Shown here: piece after piece, positions 1-9,922 of the stretch
How positions within the stretch are numbered: the stretch's first letter is position 1
How the letters are laid out: the number at the start of each line of letters is the position of its first letter
NCBI GenBank assembly: GCA_963668625.2
Contig: CAXXKA010000001.1
Coordinates: forward strand, 32,001 to 96,000
Length of the DNA: 64,000 nucleotides
Origin: an uncultured candidate division Zixibacteria bacterium
Lineage (GTDB): Bacteria > Zixibacteria > MSB-5A5 > UBA10806 > 4484-95
Direction: 5' to 3'
Made by a program: the position numbers and the translations under genes
Notes under the pieces: model-generated
What the model saw: the letters and a program-made list of their open reading frames with translations, nothing else
Told to the model about the DNA's origin: nothing
Databases searched by the model: none

Positions 1-49
1 TATCCATATCCGCGATGAGATAGAACTTGAGATGGTACTTGAGTAGATA

Positions 50-535
50 TCAGCTTACCGGCAGTTCAATATCTTTCCAGATATAAGATTTCTGCCCGTT
101 CTCCTTTTCGAAGAACTCCAGTAGAATATTCCGGCACTCATCCCGCAGTACGCCGGCAATGATAGTCGTCTTGGCCTGCTTCAAATAATCGTATTTTGAA
201 CCGGCGGCGCCGTTTACCAGGTCTATCTCGCCATATACCACGGTTTTTATTCCGTAGTGAATCATAGCCCCGGAACACATGGCGCAGGGTTCGAGTGTGG
301 AAAATATGATAATGTCGGAAACATCGTAGCCGTTATCAAGATGCCGGGTCAAATCGTGAAGGCATTCCATTTCGGCGTGACGGGTGATATCGGTTAACTG
401 GTTTCTACGGTTATGACCTCGGGCGATAATCTGACCATCCCGAACCGCTACAGCACCGATCGGCACCTCACCCTCGGCTAATCCCTGCTGGGCTTCACGA
501 AGCGCCTCCTGCATAAAACGCTGGTATTCAGACAT
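50..535 (-). CDS. tadA: tRNA adenosine deaminase / nucleoside deaminase
   Basis: EVPIGAV, HAE and EPCAMC zinc-deaminase motifs. Confidence 0.85.
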   Translation of the reverse strand: MSEYQRFMQEALREAQQGLAEGEVPIGAVAVRDGQIIARGHNRRNQLTDITRHAEMECLHDLTRHLDNGYDVSDIIIFSTLEPCAMCSGAMIHYGIKTVVYGEIDLVNGAAGSKYDYLKQAKTTIIAGVLRDECRNILLEFFEKENGQKSYIWKDIELPVS

Positions 536-626
536 AATTTATCCTCGCTTTAAAATGATATATAATATTCCAAGCCCGATGGATAAAATTAGTGGCACAT
601 GAGCCGAAAGTCAAGCAATTCCTGTT

Positions 627-1121
627 TCATTTTATGCTGACATTATACGCGGCAAGTTTATCTTTTACGTAAGAGGTGATGCGCATAGTATGAATCTTCA
701 AATCATCCTCGAAAGCGAATGTGAATTCCCGGTATTCATCCTCGTATGATTTTACCACCTCGTAAGGTTTCGTCTCTATTTCCGCTTTTTCATAGTCAAG
801 AATCGCCAGCAGTATTTCCTTATGGTTCATCTGCCCGTCCTGTATCATCTTGATATGAGAGTAGACACGTTCGAGATATGTCTTCAAAAGCTCGATTTTA
901 AATCTACCGGGAGAATATCTTTTCATATTAGTGGAAACAAATGCGATTAACTGACCTATTTTTCTGGCATGATTGATTTCATCCGCTACCGCCTCAGCCC
1001 AGAAAAAGCGTTCTTCGGGATATTTTTCGGTTAATTCTTGATAAAAAGAGGCAAGGGCCAATTCACAATTTTGTATATGGTAGAGTTCCTCAATAATTTT
1101 TCGTTGGTCCGTTTGAAGCAT
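627..1121 (-). CDS. Ferritin-like/rubrerythrin-like hypothetical protein
   Basis: ELALASFY...DEINH helical di-iron-like pattern; ATG at 1121 chosen, start uncertain. Confidence 0.55.
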   Translation of the reverse strand: MLQTDQRKIIEELYHIQNCELALASFYQELTEKYPEERFFWAEAVADEINHARKIGQLIAFVSTNMKRYSPGRFKIELLKTYLERVYSHIKMIQDGQMNHKEILLAILDYEKAEIETKPYEVVKSYEDEYREFTFAFEDDLKIHTMRITSYVKDKLAAYNVSIK

Positions 1122-1511
1122 ACAGTAATCCCAATCAATCAAAATTAAAATATAACAATTACCTTATTACTATATCGGAGTTAGAGCTTAACAATTAAGC
1201 GGATATGTATAAAATTTGAATATTGTCTGAAATGTAAATACTACAATTGTTGAAGCGCTTGCCTTTATATGATTTTTCCGAACGTAGAGGCATGAATAAT
1301 CTTTGCCAGGTACGAATCTCGGCTTTTCTTTAAAGTGATGATCAGCATTCAATGCTTGAATTGCCCGATCGCTAGCAGGCTGTAAGAGTATTGTTTTATA
1401 TTGATTGGCGCTCCACCAGAAATGGATTTTTCTTGCGAAAACTAAAGCTTTTATCTATGATTGTGCGTCGAAATTGTTTGAAAATTGAATCATTTTTACA
1501 GGAGCGTATAG

Positions 1512-3482
1512 ATGCCACAGAATCTGATTGAGAAGATAGCTCAGAAGTTCGCCGTTGGCCTTGGCAAGGATCATGTTGTCAGAAGCGGCGACTATTTATC
1601 CATACAGCCGGGGCATGTAATGACGCATGACAACACCGGTGCGGTTATACCTAAATTCGTCAGTATTGGGGCTTTCAAAATCGCCAACCCTCGTCAGGTA
1701 GTGTTCACCCTCGATCACAATGTGCAGGATACCGGGGAGGCTAATCTAAAGAAATATGCCAAGATAGAGGAATTCGCCAAGATGATGGATGTCGATTTCT
1801 ATCCGGCCGGACGAGGTATAGGACATCAGATTATGTGCGAGGAGGGCTACGCCTGGCCCGGCACGATGGCAGTGGCCTCCGACAGCCATTCCAACATGTA
1901 TGGCGGTTTGGGATGTCTGGGCACCCCGGTGGTGCGCACCGATGCCGCGGCTATCTGGGCGACCGGGCGTACCTGGTGGCAGGTTCCGCCGGTGGCAAAA
2001 GTCGAATTGACCGGTAAGCTTAAACCCGGCGTTACGGGCAAGGATGTCATAATAACGCTTTGCGGCTTTTTCAATAAGGATGAGGTTTTGAATCATACGC
2101 TGGAGTTTATCGGGGAGGGCGTAAGCCAGTTGCCGATCGATCAGCGTTTGACTATCGCTAATATGACCACCGAGTGGGGGGCGTTGGCCGGAGTTTTCCC
2201 TATTGATGATATCACATATGAATGGTTGACCCGTCGCGCGGAACTGATTACCAAACGCGGGTTGGCCGGCGTGCCCTCGGACACTGATGGCAAAGGCAAG
2301 CATCCCCGGATGAACGACGAGAGAATCGCCGAGCTAAAAGCCGAAAACTTAATGGCTGACAGCGATGCTTATTACGCCAAGGAGTTAACGCTCGACTTGA
2401 GCACGGTGCAGCCGCATGTATCCGGCCCGAATCATGTGAAGACTATGACCTCGGTTAAAGAGATGAGCGAGCGTAAGCTGCAAATACATAAAGCTTATCT
2501 TGTGTCTTGTGTAAACAGCCGCGTAGATGATCTAGCGCAGGCGGCCGCCCTTGTTAAGGGTAAGAAAGTCGCCGAGGGTGTGGAGTTCTATATCGCCGCC
2601 GCCAGTAACGAGGTACAGGCCGAAAGCGAGCGACGTGGTGACTGGCAGGTTCTGTTGGATTCCGGCGCGATTGCTTTGCCTCCGGGCTGTGGGCCGTGTA
2701 TTGGCCTGGGTAAGGGGCTTCTGAAGGATGGTGAGATAGGTATCTCGGCCACCAATCGCAATTTTAAAGGCCGCATGGGTTCGAAAAGCGCTGAGGCATA
2801 CCTGGCCTCACCGGCGGTCGTGGCTGCCTCAGCCGTTTCGGGGTATATCGACTACCCCGAACTCGAGGATACGATAAATGTCAATGCAACGATTTCAGAG
2901 AAAGCCAAACCCGCAAGCGAGGCGGTATCCGTTAACATCCTTGATGGATTCCCGGAGAGCGTGAGAGGCGAGTTGATTTTCTGCTATCAGGATAACCTGA
3001 ATACCGATGGTATCTATCCCGGTAAATACACTTACCAGGATGATTTCACGCCCGAGCAGCAAGCCTCGGTGGTGATGGAGAACTACGATCCTGAATTCAA
3101 AGATGTTGTCAATGAGGGTGATATAGTCGTAGGTGGATTCAATTTCGGCACCGGTAGCTCGCGCGAACAGGCCGCCACCTCGCTTAAGTATCGCGGTATC
3201 AGGATGGTGATCGCCGGTTCGTTCTCGCAGACATATAAGCGCAACGCCATAAATAACGGTTTTCTGGTAATAGAGGCGCCGGAACTGGTGAAAGATATGA
3301 AAGATAAATTCGGCGCGAACAAGCTGACAGTGAAATCCGGTATATTCGCCGAGGTGAATTTTAAAGAGGCGAAGCTTATCACCGAGGAGAAAGAGTACTC
3401 GCTAGGCGCGGTAGGCGAGGCCGCCCAGGAGCTGATTATAACCGGCGGGCTTGAGAGCTGGGTGAAAGAGAAGCTGAAATAG
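1512..3482 (+). CDS. lysF: Single-chain homoaconitase-like aconitase-family hydratase
   Basis: MTHDN, DSHSNMYG, SCVNSR and CGPCIG [4Fe-4S] ligands, TNRNFKGRMG, fused C-terminal swivel domain (NTDGIYPG, GSSREQA); SD AGGAG. Confidence 0.8.
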   Translation: MPQNLIEKIAQKFAVGLGKDHVVRSGDYLSIQPGHVMTHDNTGAVIPKFVSIGAFKIANPRQVVFTLDHNVQDTGEANLKKYAKIEEFAKMMDVDFYPAGRGIGHQIMCEEGYAWPGTMAVASDSHSNMYGGLGCLGTPVVRTDAAAIWATGRTWWQVPPVAKVELTGKLKPGVTGKDVIITLCGFFNKDEVLNHTLEFIGEGVSQLPIDQRLTIANMTTEWGALAGVFPIDDITYEWLTRRAELITKRGLAGVPSDTDGKGKHPRMNDERIAELKAENLMADSDAYYAKELTLDLSTVQPHVSGPNHVKTMTSVKEMSERKLQIHKAYLVSCVNSRVDDLAQAAALVKGKKVAEGVEFYIAAASNEVQAESERRGDWQVLLDSGAIALPPGCGPCIGLGKGLLKDGEIGISATNRNFKGRMGSKSAEAYLASPAVVAASAVSGYIDYPELEDTINVNATISEKAKPASEAVSVNILDGFPESVRGELIFCYQDNLNTDGIYPGKYTYQDDFTPEQQASVVMENYDPEFKDVVNEGDIVVGGFNFGTGSSREQAATSLKYRGIRMVIAGSFSQTYKRNAINNGFLVIEAPELVKDMKDKFGANKLTVKSGIFAEVNFKEAKLITEEKEYSLGAVGEAAQELIITGGLESWVKEKLK

Positions 3483-3489
3483 GTGACTT

Positions 3490-3516
3490 GCAGGGGCGTT
3501 CGATCGAGCGCCCTAT
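3490..3516. repeat. REP-like palindrome, family C
   Basis: AGGGGCGTTCGATCGAGCGCCCT; related copy AGAGGCATTCGATCGAACGCCTCT near 57013-57037. Confidence 0.55.
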
Positions 3517-3517
3517 C

Positions 3518-3693
3518 GTGTTTGGTGTGCGTCCTCGTACACCAACATTCAACGGCAGAATGGTTTCTGATTGGCAGGATGTTAGAAAGACTAATAAACA
3601 TTAGTGGTAGTTCCGCTGGCAGACGGGGACATCCGCCAGCCACAGTAGAGGGAGAGAAGGCACCGTGTTTGGTGTAGGTCCTCGTACACCAAC
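3518..3693. repeat. REP-like cluster, family A (three units, alternating orientation)
   Basis: GTGTTTGGTGT(GC/AG)GTCCTCGTACACCAAC at 3518 and 3665; inverted unit GCTGGCAGACGGGGACATCCGCCAGCCAC at 3615-3643. Confidence 0.7.
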
Positions 3694-3779
3694 AGGAATT
3701 AGCAGTACAGCTCGTGCTAAAACGATTCTTAACATAGGCAACATTAAATCAAATCAGAAAATAAAAAGGAAGAACACAG

Positions 3780-5147
3780 ATGGACAAATCATTCTCCCGT
3801 CAAATAGCGGAATTCTCGGTTAATCTGAAATACGAGGATATCCCGGATAACGTGGTTAACGAGGTTAAACGCTATCTCTACGATTCTGTCGGCTGCGCAT
3901 ACGGCGGCTACAAAACCAGGGATGTCAACATCCTGCGTGATATCTACAAGGAGATGGGCGGTACCGGCCAGGCCACGCTTTTCGGTTTCGGTGATAAAAT
4001 CCCGGCTGTTAACGCTACGCTGGTTAACTCTCTGATGATTCGCGCGCTGGATTTCAACGATATCTACTGGAAAGAGGATCCCTCGCATCCCTCCGATTTG
4101 ATCCCGGCCGCGCTCAACACCGCCGAAATGGTCGGCGCCGACATGAAGGAGGTCATCGTAGCAATCGTGCTGGCCTACGAGTTCGAGCAGCGACTGTGTG
4201 AGTTTGCCGTACCCGGAGTGCGGGAAAGGAAATGGCATCATGCGACATTGACACAGTTCGTCTCGCCGATTGTCGCCGGTAAAATACTCGGACTAAGTGT
4301 CGACCAGATGGTGCATGCTGTCGGTATCAACGGCTCGCATAACCACACGATCGGCTGCCCGACTGCCGGTAAGCTCACCATGATGAAGAACACTGTTGAT
4401 CCGATGGCGGTGCAGTCCGGCGTTTTCGCCGCGTTGATGGCGCAGAAAGGCTACTCCGGTACCGAGGCCGTGTTCGAGGGCAAAGAGGGGCTCATGGATG
4501 TTTTCGGTCCCGATTGGGATGAAAAGAAACTCTTAGGCGATCTTGGCAACCATTACAAGATTTTAGATTGCAGCATGAAAGCGTTTCCCACCGAGGCATT
4601 GACGCACACGCATATAACAGCCACGTTGAAAGCCGTAGTCGACAACGATATCAGTTCCGATCAGATCGAGCAGGTGACAGTTACCACGATCGCGCGCGCT
4701 TGCGATATCCTTTTCGATCAGCATAAGTACCGCCCCGAATCTCGTGAAACCGCCGATCACTCCTTGCCGTACTGTATAGCTGCGGCACTGGTCGATCACC
4801 AGATCACAACCCGGTCGTTCTCCGAGGAGAAGATGAAAGACAAACGTATCTGGGAGGTTATCGATAAGATCAAGGGCGAGGCCTCCGAGGAGTTCGAGAA
4901 GATGTTCCCGGCCAAGCAACCCTCGAAAGTAGTGGTGAAAACCAAAGATGGCAAAGAGTACTCGGAATATCTCGAGTATCCCAAGGGCGACCCGCGTGAG
5001 CCGATGGCAATCGAGGATATCGAGGCCAAGTTCAACGCGCTCTCGGCTGATTTGCTCAGTGGAGACCGTCAGAAAAAGATTAAGGACATGATTTTCGACT
5101 GCCAGGAAATGAAAGCGAATGATTTCATGGCCGCGCTGGTTGTGTAA
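3780..5147 (+). CDS. prpD: MmgE/PrpD family dehydratase
   Basis: IRALDFND, SHPSD, ETADHSLPY, YPKGDPREP motifs. Confidence 0.8.
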   Translation: MDKSFSRQIAEFSVNLKYEDIPDNVVNEVKRYLYDSVGCAYGGYKTRDVNILRDIYKEMGGTGQATLFGFGDKIPAVNATLVNSLMIRALDFNDIYWKEDPSHPSDLIPAALNTAEMVGADMKEVIVAIVLAYEFEQRLCEFAVPGVRERKWHHATLTQFVSPIVAGKILGLSVDQMVHAVGINGSHNHTIGCPTAGKLTMMKNTVDPMAVQSGVFAALMAQKGYSGTEAVFEGKEGLMDVFGPDWDEKKLLGDLGNHYKILDCSMKAFPTEALTHTHITATLKAVVDNDISSDQIEQVTVTTIARACDILFDQHKYRPESRETADHSLPYCIAAALVDHQITTRSFSEEKMKDKRIWEVIDKIKGEASEEFEKMFPAKQPSKVVVKTKDGKEYSEYLEYPKGDPREPMAIEDIEAKFNALSADLLSGDRQKKIKDMIFDCQEMKANDFMAALVV

Positions 5148-5162
5148 ATACCAATCCAACTC

Positions 5163-5242
5163 GTGTGGTTAGGGTACGTCCTCGTACCCCAACGTGTATG
5201 CCTGCAAACGAAAGCTGGCAGACTGGGACATCCGCCGGCCAC
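5163..5242. repeat. REP-like inverted doublet, family A
   Basis: GTGGTTAGGGTACGTCCTCGTACCCCAAC followed by GCTGGCAGACTGGGACATCCGCCGGCCAC, matching the 3518-3643 units. Confidence 0.7.
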
Positions 5243-5343
5243 AAGTACGTATTAGAATGAGCGGAATAACATCCTGACGCGATTTATAAATAGTCCGCGT
5301 GATTGGAAGATTTCCTGATTACGTAGATACACAGCAAAGGAAC

Positions 5344-5859
5344 ATGCAATTGATAATCAGGCAAGAAAATGAAAATGATTACGACCGAATCTACGAACTG
5401 GTTAAAACAGCGTTCGAGACCGCCCGGGTTTCCAATGGCAAAGAGCAGGAGCTGGTTAACGAATTACGCGGCAGTGATAAATATATCCCAGAGCTGGCCC
5501 TGGTAGCTGAGGATAACAGCGGAATAATCGGTCATATCCTGATAACGAGGACTTTTATAGTTGAGGGCGACAACAAGTTCGAGGGGCTTTACCTGGCGCC
5601 GGTTTCGGTCAAGCTGGAAAATCGTAAACAGGGGGTTGGCTCGAGGCTGATAAAGGAGAGTTTCAGAATCGCTAAGGATATGGGATACTCATCGGTGTTC
5701 CTGGTTGGCTATCCAGCGTACTATCAGCGATTCGGTTTTAAATCTCTATCATCATTTGGAATAAAATACAAGCTTCCTATCCCCGAGGAAAACGCCCTGG
5801 GCTGCGAGTTAGTCCCCGATGCCTTAAGCGGCGTGAAAGGAACTATCGACAGCTTTTAG
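5344..5859 (+). CDS. GNAT N-acetyltransferase (YhbS-like)
   Basis: LAPVSV..RKQGVGSRLI and VG.PAYYQRFGF motifs; ATG at 5344 after AAAGGA. Confidence 0.8.
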   Translation: MQLIIRQENENDYDRIYELVKTAFETARVSNGKEQELVNELRGSDKYIPELALVAEDNSGIIGHILITRTFIVEGDNKFEGLYLAPVSVKLENRKQGVGSRLIKESFRIAKDMGYSSVFLVGYPAYYQRFGFKSLSSFGIKYKLPIPEENALGCELVPDALSGVKGTIDSF

Positions 5860-6039
5860 CTAAATGAAAATATTGTCAGGATGGCAGGTTCACTATCTTG
5901 ATGCTCCTGCGACCACTATATTTTTATCCCGATAGATATGCCTCTTAATCACGATTGCTATTTTCTACATTTATCATTATTATACCCAACCACTATTTTA
6001 TTTAGTAGCGATTATTGTAAGCAAAAAAGGATAACAACA

Positions 6040-6891
6040 GTGAAAAATAACGCTGGATCAAGTTTCAATAAAAATATTGCAATACTGGGTGGGGGCAATA
6101 TCGGTCAGGCTTTAGCCTCTGGATTCGTAGGCTCCGGGAAATATAAATCCTCGCAAATATATATTACCAGGCGGCAGTATAAATTACTGGCAGGTTACAA
6201 AAAGCGGGGATACGATGTTAGCGGTGATAATATCAAAGCCGTGGAATCGTGCAAGACCATAATTATAGCTGTTCAGCCGGGGCAATTAGTAAATTTGATT
6301 AAGTCTATCAGAGAGCATATTAAACCGGGCAAGCATATCGTGATGTCGGCGGTTACCGGTGTCGAGATCGAGAGTATCAAGAATTATTTCGAAAGCAAAG
6401 TCCCGGTGGTCAGGATTATGCCGAATACGGCCGTGGCTATCGGAGAATCCATGACCTGTATCGCCGCCGACGGAAATCGCAATTCCAAAGTTCTCGAGCA
6501 TACCCAGTCTATTTTGGATAACCTGGGGGAAACCGTGATAATCAAGGAGGAGCAAATGACCTCCGCCACGGCGTTATGTGCCTGCGGTGTGGCGTTTTTC
6601 CTGCGCTCGATCAGGGCCGCCTCTCAGGGCGGAATCCAGATTGGCTTTGCCGCCGAGGATGCTTTGAAGATGGCGGCACAAACCGCGCGCGGGGCGGCAT
6701 CCCTGCTACAGAGGCCCTCGATTCATCCCGAATCGGAAATCGATAAGGTTACAACTCCTAAAGGATGCACTATCGCGGGGCTTAATAGGATGGAGTTCGC
6801 CGGTTTTTCCTCGGCTATGATTCAGGGGTACGTAACCGCCGCCGAGATAGCCGATTCGTTGTTCAAGCAGAATAATAACTGTAACGAGTAG
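6040..6891 (+). CDS. proC: Pyrroline-5-carboxylate reductase
   Basis: GGGNIG Rossmann motif, VRIMPNT, VTTPKGCTIAG; GTG start at 6040 after AAAGGA. Confidence 0.92.
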   Translation: MKNNAGSSFNKNIAILGGGNIGQALASGFVGSGKYKSSQIYITRRQYKLLAGYKKRGYDVSGDNIKAVESCKTIIIAVQPGQLVNLIKSIREHIKPGKHIVMSAVTGVEIESIKNYFESKVPVVRIMPNTAVAIGESMTCIAADGNRNSKVLEHTQSILDNLGETVIIKEEQMTSATALCACGVAFFLRSIRAASQGGIQIGFAAEDALKMAAQTARGAASLLQRPSIHPESEIDKVTTPKGCTIAGLNRMEFAGFSSAMIQGYVTAAEIADSLFKQNNNCNE

Positions 6892-7137
6892 AAAATTAAA
6901 ACTACCAAGCAGGCCTGCGGCGATACTGATAGGCTCATCCTGAACCTGATATATCATAGTGGCATTTGATCGAATCGGATTACTCAGTGTTATTCGGCTG
7001 TTATTTTGAGTATAGCTTATATTGAATCATTCTTACCAATAAAGAATCACAAGTGTCCGGCGTATTTAAATAAATATTTCTGTTTAGCTAAGCATTACTA
7101 AAGAAAGAGATTTTTACGATAGAGTTATAGACTTTTC

Positions 7138-7248
7138 GTGTCAGGATGTCGCTTCGCTTTCATCCTGATACATGTACATACGTAAGTTGCGGCTATATAG
7201 TATCACCATTATACCTCAGGATGGAAGGTACGACATCCTGAGGCGCAC
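7138..7248. repeat. REP-like doublet, family B
   Basis: TCAGGATG..CATCCTGA hairpins at 7138 and 7214; homologous doublet at 36932-37056; degenerate copies near 5254 and 5875. Confidence 0.7.
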
Positions 7249-7673
7249 TTTAACCAGAGATCGGACACCAGTGAAAGAATATAAATAATTCTTGACACGA
7301 TAGCCCCGGCTATTATATAAAAACACGAATTTAGAATAACCCAACAACAGGTAGTACTCATTAGTATCGATTTCCTGAGCTTACGGATAGTTTATCGTAG
7401 TTGGCGAAGGTCGTTTGAAAGCATATTCCAGTTCGGTTAGGTAGTATGCGATAATCGCTTAAAAGGTAGGGCGAAAGAGAATTAAATCAAAACCGCCATA
7501 ACAAATCTCATCCGTGTTAGTGTTAAACAGCGGGGGCGGATCGGTTTCGACAATATCATAATTTCAACCCGTATATTATTTTCATCACGCTGAACACGCA
7601 TTAACCTCATAGGGAATTATAGTCGATTTGGAACATGGCATGTTATGAACCATTTATAAACTTAGGAGGTGCA

Positions 7674-8252
7674 ATGAAGAAATTCAGGACTATCTTCATG
7701 GCCGTTGTTGTCTTCCTGTTGGCATCATATGGACAATGCCCGAACATTCAGGATATCGGCCTGGTCGATTTGCCGGAGGTAGAACAGGAAAAAACCAACT
7801 GGTGCTGGGCGGCGTCCATGACCGCCGTTCTTGATGTCTATGGTACGACCGTTACGCAGTGTCAACTCGCCAATTGGCTTTTTTCTAGGAACGATTGCTG
7901 TAATGCCGGCGCTTGCAACAGCGGCACATCCCCCGAACAACAGCAGGATATACTGGATCATTGGGGATTAACCAGTACCCTGGTTTACAGCTCTCTTACC
8001 TGGAACCAGCTTAAAACGGAGATTAAAGCCGGTCGGCCGATCAGTATTGGTTTCAGCTGGTGTGGCGGAGGCGGCCATTCGCTGGTCATTTATGGTTTCA
8101 GCGAGGTTAAAAACGGCTCGGTGACTTACAACGTATCCTATATGGATCCCTGGTTTGGTGAAGGATACACTGTTGCCGAGTACGATTGGGTGGTTGGCGG
8201 CTGTCCCGGTGATCACGACTGGTATAGATCGATTTACAACATTCACGATTAA
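7674..8252 (+). CDS. Secreted papain-like cysteine peptidase (C39/C47/C70-like)
   Basis: Signal peptide; QEKTNWCWAAS (Cys), GHSLVIYG (His), YMDPW (Asp); SD GGAGGT before ATG 7674. Confidence 0.75.
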   Translation: MKKFRTIFMAVVVFLLASYGQCPNIQDIGLVDLPEVEQEKTNWCWAASMTAVLDVYGTTVTQCQLANWLFSRNDCCNAGACNSGTSPEQQQDILDHWGLTSTLVYSSLTWNQLKTEIKAGRPISIGFSWCGGGGHSLVIYGFSEVKNGSVTYNVSYMDPWFGEGYTVAEYDWVVGGCPGDHDWYRSIYNIHD

Positions 8253-8269
8253 AGAGGGAGATAAAAGCT

Positions 8270-8956
8270 ATGAAAATAAAATATCTATCACTAACCATTG
8301 CCCTGACCATGTTTTTTACCTTGCTAACAGGCGCCGCATACAGTCAGGATGATGCGATGAAAGAAGCTGCTTTGAACCGATTAAGCCTGTGGCAGAAAAC
8401 GTTCACCGAACAACAGGCTAAGCAACTTGGTTTTGCCAGTCTGGATGATTTCAAAAAAGCCGAACTGGGAGAGCCGTTCAAGCTTTATACGATTACGCCT
8501 GATGCCATAACGGGCTTTCAGGAGGGGGCAGAGTTCGGAAGAATTATTACCGATACGGATTACTTTGTTTATCCGGTAATGACTGCCGGCAGTAATAAAG
8601 CGCTTTTGTGGGTGATGAAAAAAGAAGGGGCCTGGCATGTTGCTCGAATCGGCAGCGCTGATTTAGCGAAAACTATCCGCAAAGTAAAGAGTACTGTCGA
8701 AAGCGCGAAATCCGAGCGCGGGCTGGAAGGCGCTGCGCCGCCGAAATTCGTGAGGGTTTATCAATTGTATCTCGATTTTTTCTATATGAGCGGTTCACAG
8801 GGTGAGTATATCCTGCCGATGTACAATATTCCCAATCTGAATATCGAGGGTAACAAATTTTATAACCCGGCAGAATTTATTCCGCAACTGAAAGAGCAAT
8901 TGAAACTGAAAATGCCCGAGGAAAGAGAATCAAGCGAGAAAAATATCGAGGGCTAA
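8270..8956 (+). CDS. Secreted hypothetical protein, probable partner of the upstream peptidase
   Basis: Signal peptide (AAYS-Q); 17 bp after the peptidase; SD GAGGGAG. Confidence 0.7.
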   Translation: MKIKYLSLTIALTMFFTLLTGAAYSQDDAMKEAALNRLSLWQKTFTEQQAKQLGFASLDDFKKAELGEPFKLYTITPDAITGFQEGAEFGRIITDTDYFVYPVMTAGSNKALLWVMKKEGAWHVARIGSADLAKTIRKVKSTVESAKSERGLEGAAPPKFVRVYQLYLDFFYMSGSQGEYILPMYNIPNLNIEGNKFYNPAEFIPQLKEQLKLKMPEERESSEKNIEG

Positions 8957-9113
8957 AAAATCATGTAGAAAGGTTACCGATTCCGTGCTTTTACTTTTTG
9001 CGATATAGCTTGAGATTTTTGTTGCCGGTGTATATCTCCGTATAATAATATCAAGAGATGCTGTAAGGAATAATGTATTTTAATATGCGGGGATAGCCGC
9101 CGGCAACGTTGCT

Positions 9114-9653
9114 ATGAAATCAAAGATACTGGCCAGATCAAAAAGAGTACATATCCGCGTACCCTGTCAGGGGGATGTCTCGGAGTATATAGAGGAAGTT
9201 AATAAAAGCCGTAAATTCCTCTATCCCTGGATCGATATCAAAGCCGATAAGAGCTATTTCAGAAAATATCTCAAACGATTGAAATCTAATAATGAGGGGT
9301 ATTTCATTTGTTCTAATGATGATGACACGATTAAAGGAGTGGTCAATCTCAACGAGATCGTGTCGGGTATTTTCAGAAGCGCCTATCTCGGCTACTACAT
9401 TTTCGAGCCATACGCCGGGCAAGGTTACATGAGCGAGGGGATGCGGCTTGTAATCAATCATTCCTTCAAGAACCTCAAGCTTCACCGGCTGGAGGCTAAC
9501 ATACAGCCTGAAAACATCGATTCGATAAAGCTGGTTAAGCGATTGGGATTTGCTAAAGAAGGCTATTCACCGCGCTATCTTAAAATCGCGGGTAGATGGC
9601 GTGACCACGAACGCTGGGCGATTTTGAAAGAGAACTGGAAACCACGAGGTTGA
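9114..9653 (+). CDS. RimJ/RimL family GNAT acetyltransferase
   Basis: SAYLGY, GQGYMSEG, LHRLEANIQPEN, WRDHERWA. Confidence 0.85.
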   Translation: MKSKILARSKRVHIRVPCQGDVSEYIEEVNKSRKFLYPWIDIKADKSYFRKYLKRLKSNNEGYFICSNDDDTIKGVVNLNEIVSGIFRSAYLGYYIFEPYAGQGYMSEGMRLVINHSFKNLKLHRLEANIQPENIDSIKLVKRLGFAKEGYSPRYLKIAGRWRDHERWAILKENWKPRG

Positions 9654-9752
9654 ACGCAACATGCTCTCTCATTACGATGCGCTGTTTCGTGACGATGTCT
9701 CCGTTCAGCAGAATGTATTATCCTAATCCTGTCGGCTAGGCTCCAGGGCGGC

Positions 9753-9842
9753 GGGATTCTTGAAAAAGTCATCATTGATGTCATTGCGAGGTAGTGAAAC
9801 GGGCAATCCTAGTGTAGCATTAACCGGTTATTCCAACAACCC
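9753..9842. repeat. Short MITE-like element with TTGAAAAA-type ends
   Basis: GGGATTCTTGAAAAAG ... TTATTCCAACAACCC ends resemble the elements at 52574, 53379 and 61198. Confidence 0.4.
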
Positions 9843-9922
9843 ATAATTATCCCTTGAATTTTCCCCTCGCTGAGGTTAATATCATATTAAAGAATAAGGG
9901 CTTATTAAAGGGAGTATCAACA

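Noticed and set aside
1746-5159. Antisense and alternate-frame ORFs over lysF/prpD, and similar ones over gltX, the redox cluster and glnS
   Set aside because: They overlap well-supported genes and show no motifs; typical codon-bias shadows.
5179-5191. 13-bp match TCCTCGTACCCCA to the tRNA-Gln 3' end, as a possible att site
   Set aside because: It is part of a family A REP hairpin, the intervening DNA is housekeeping (proC, gltX), and the 32132 site explains the island better.
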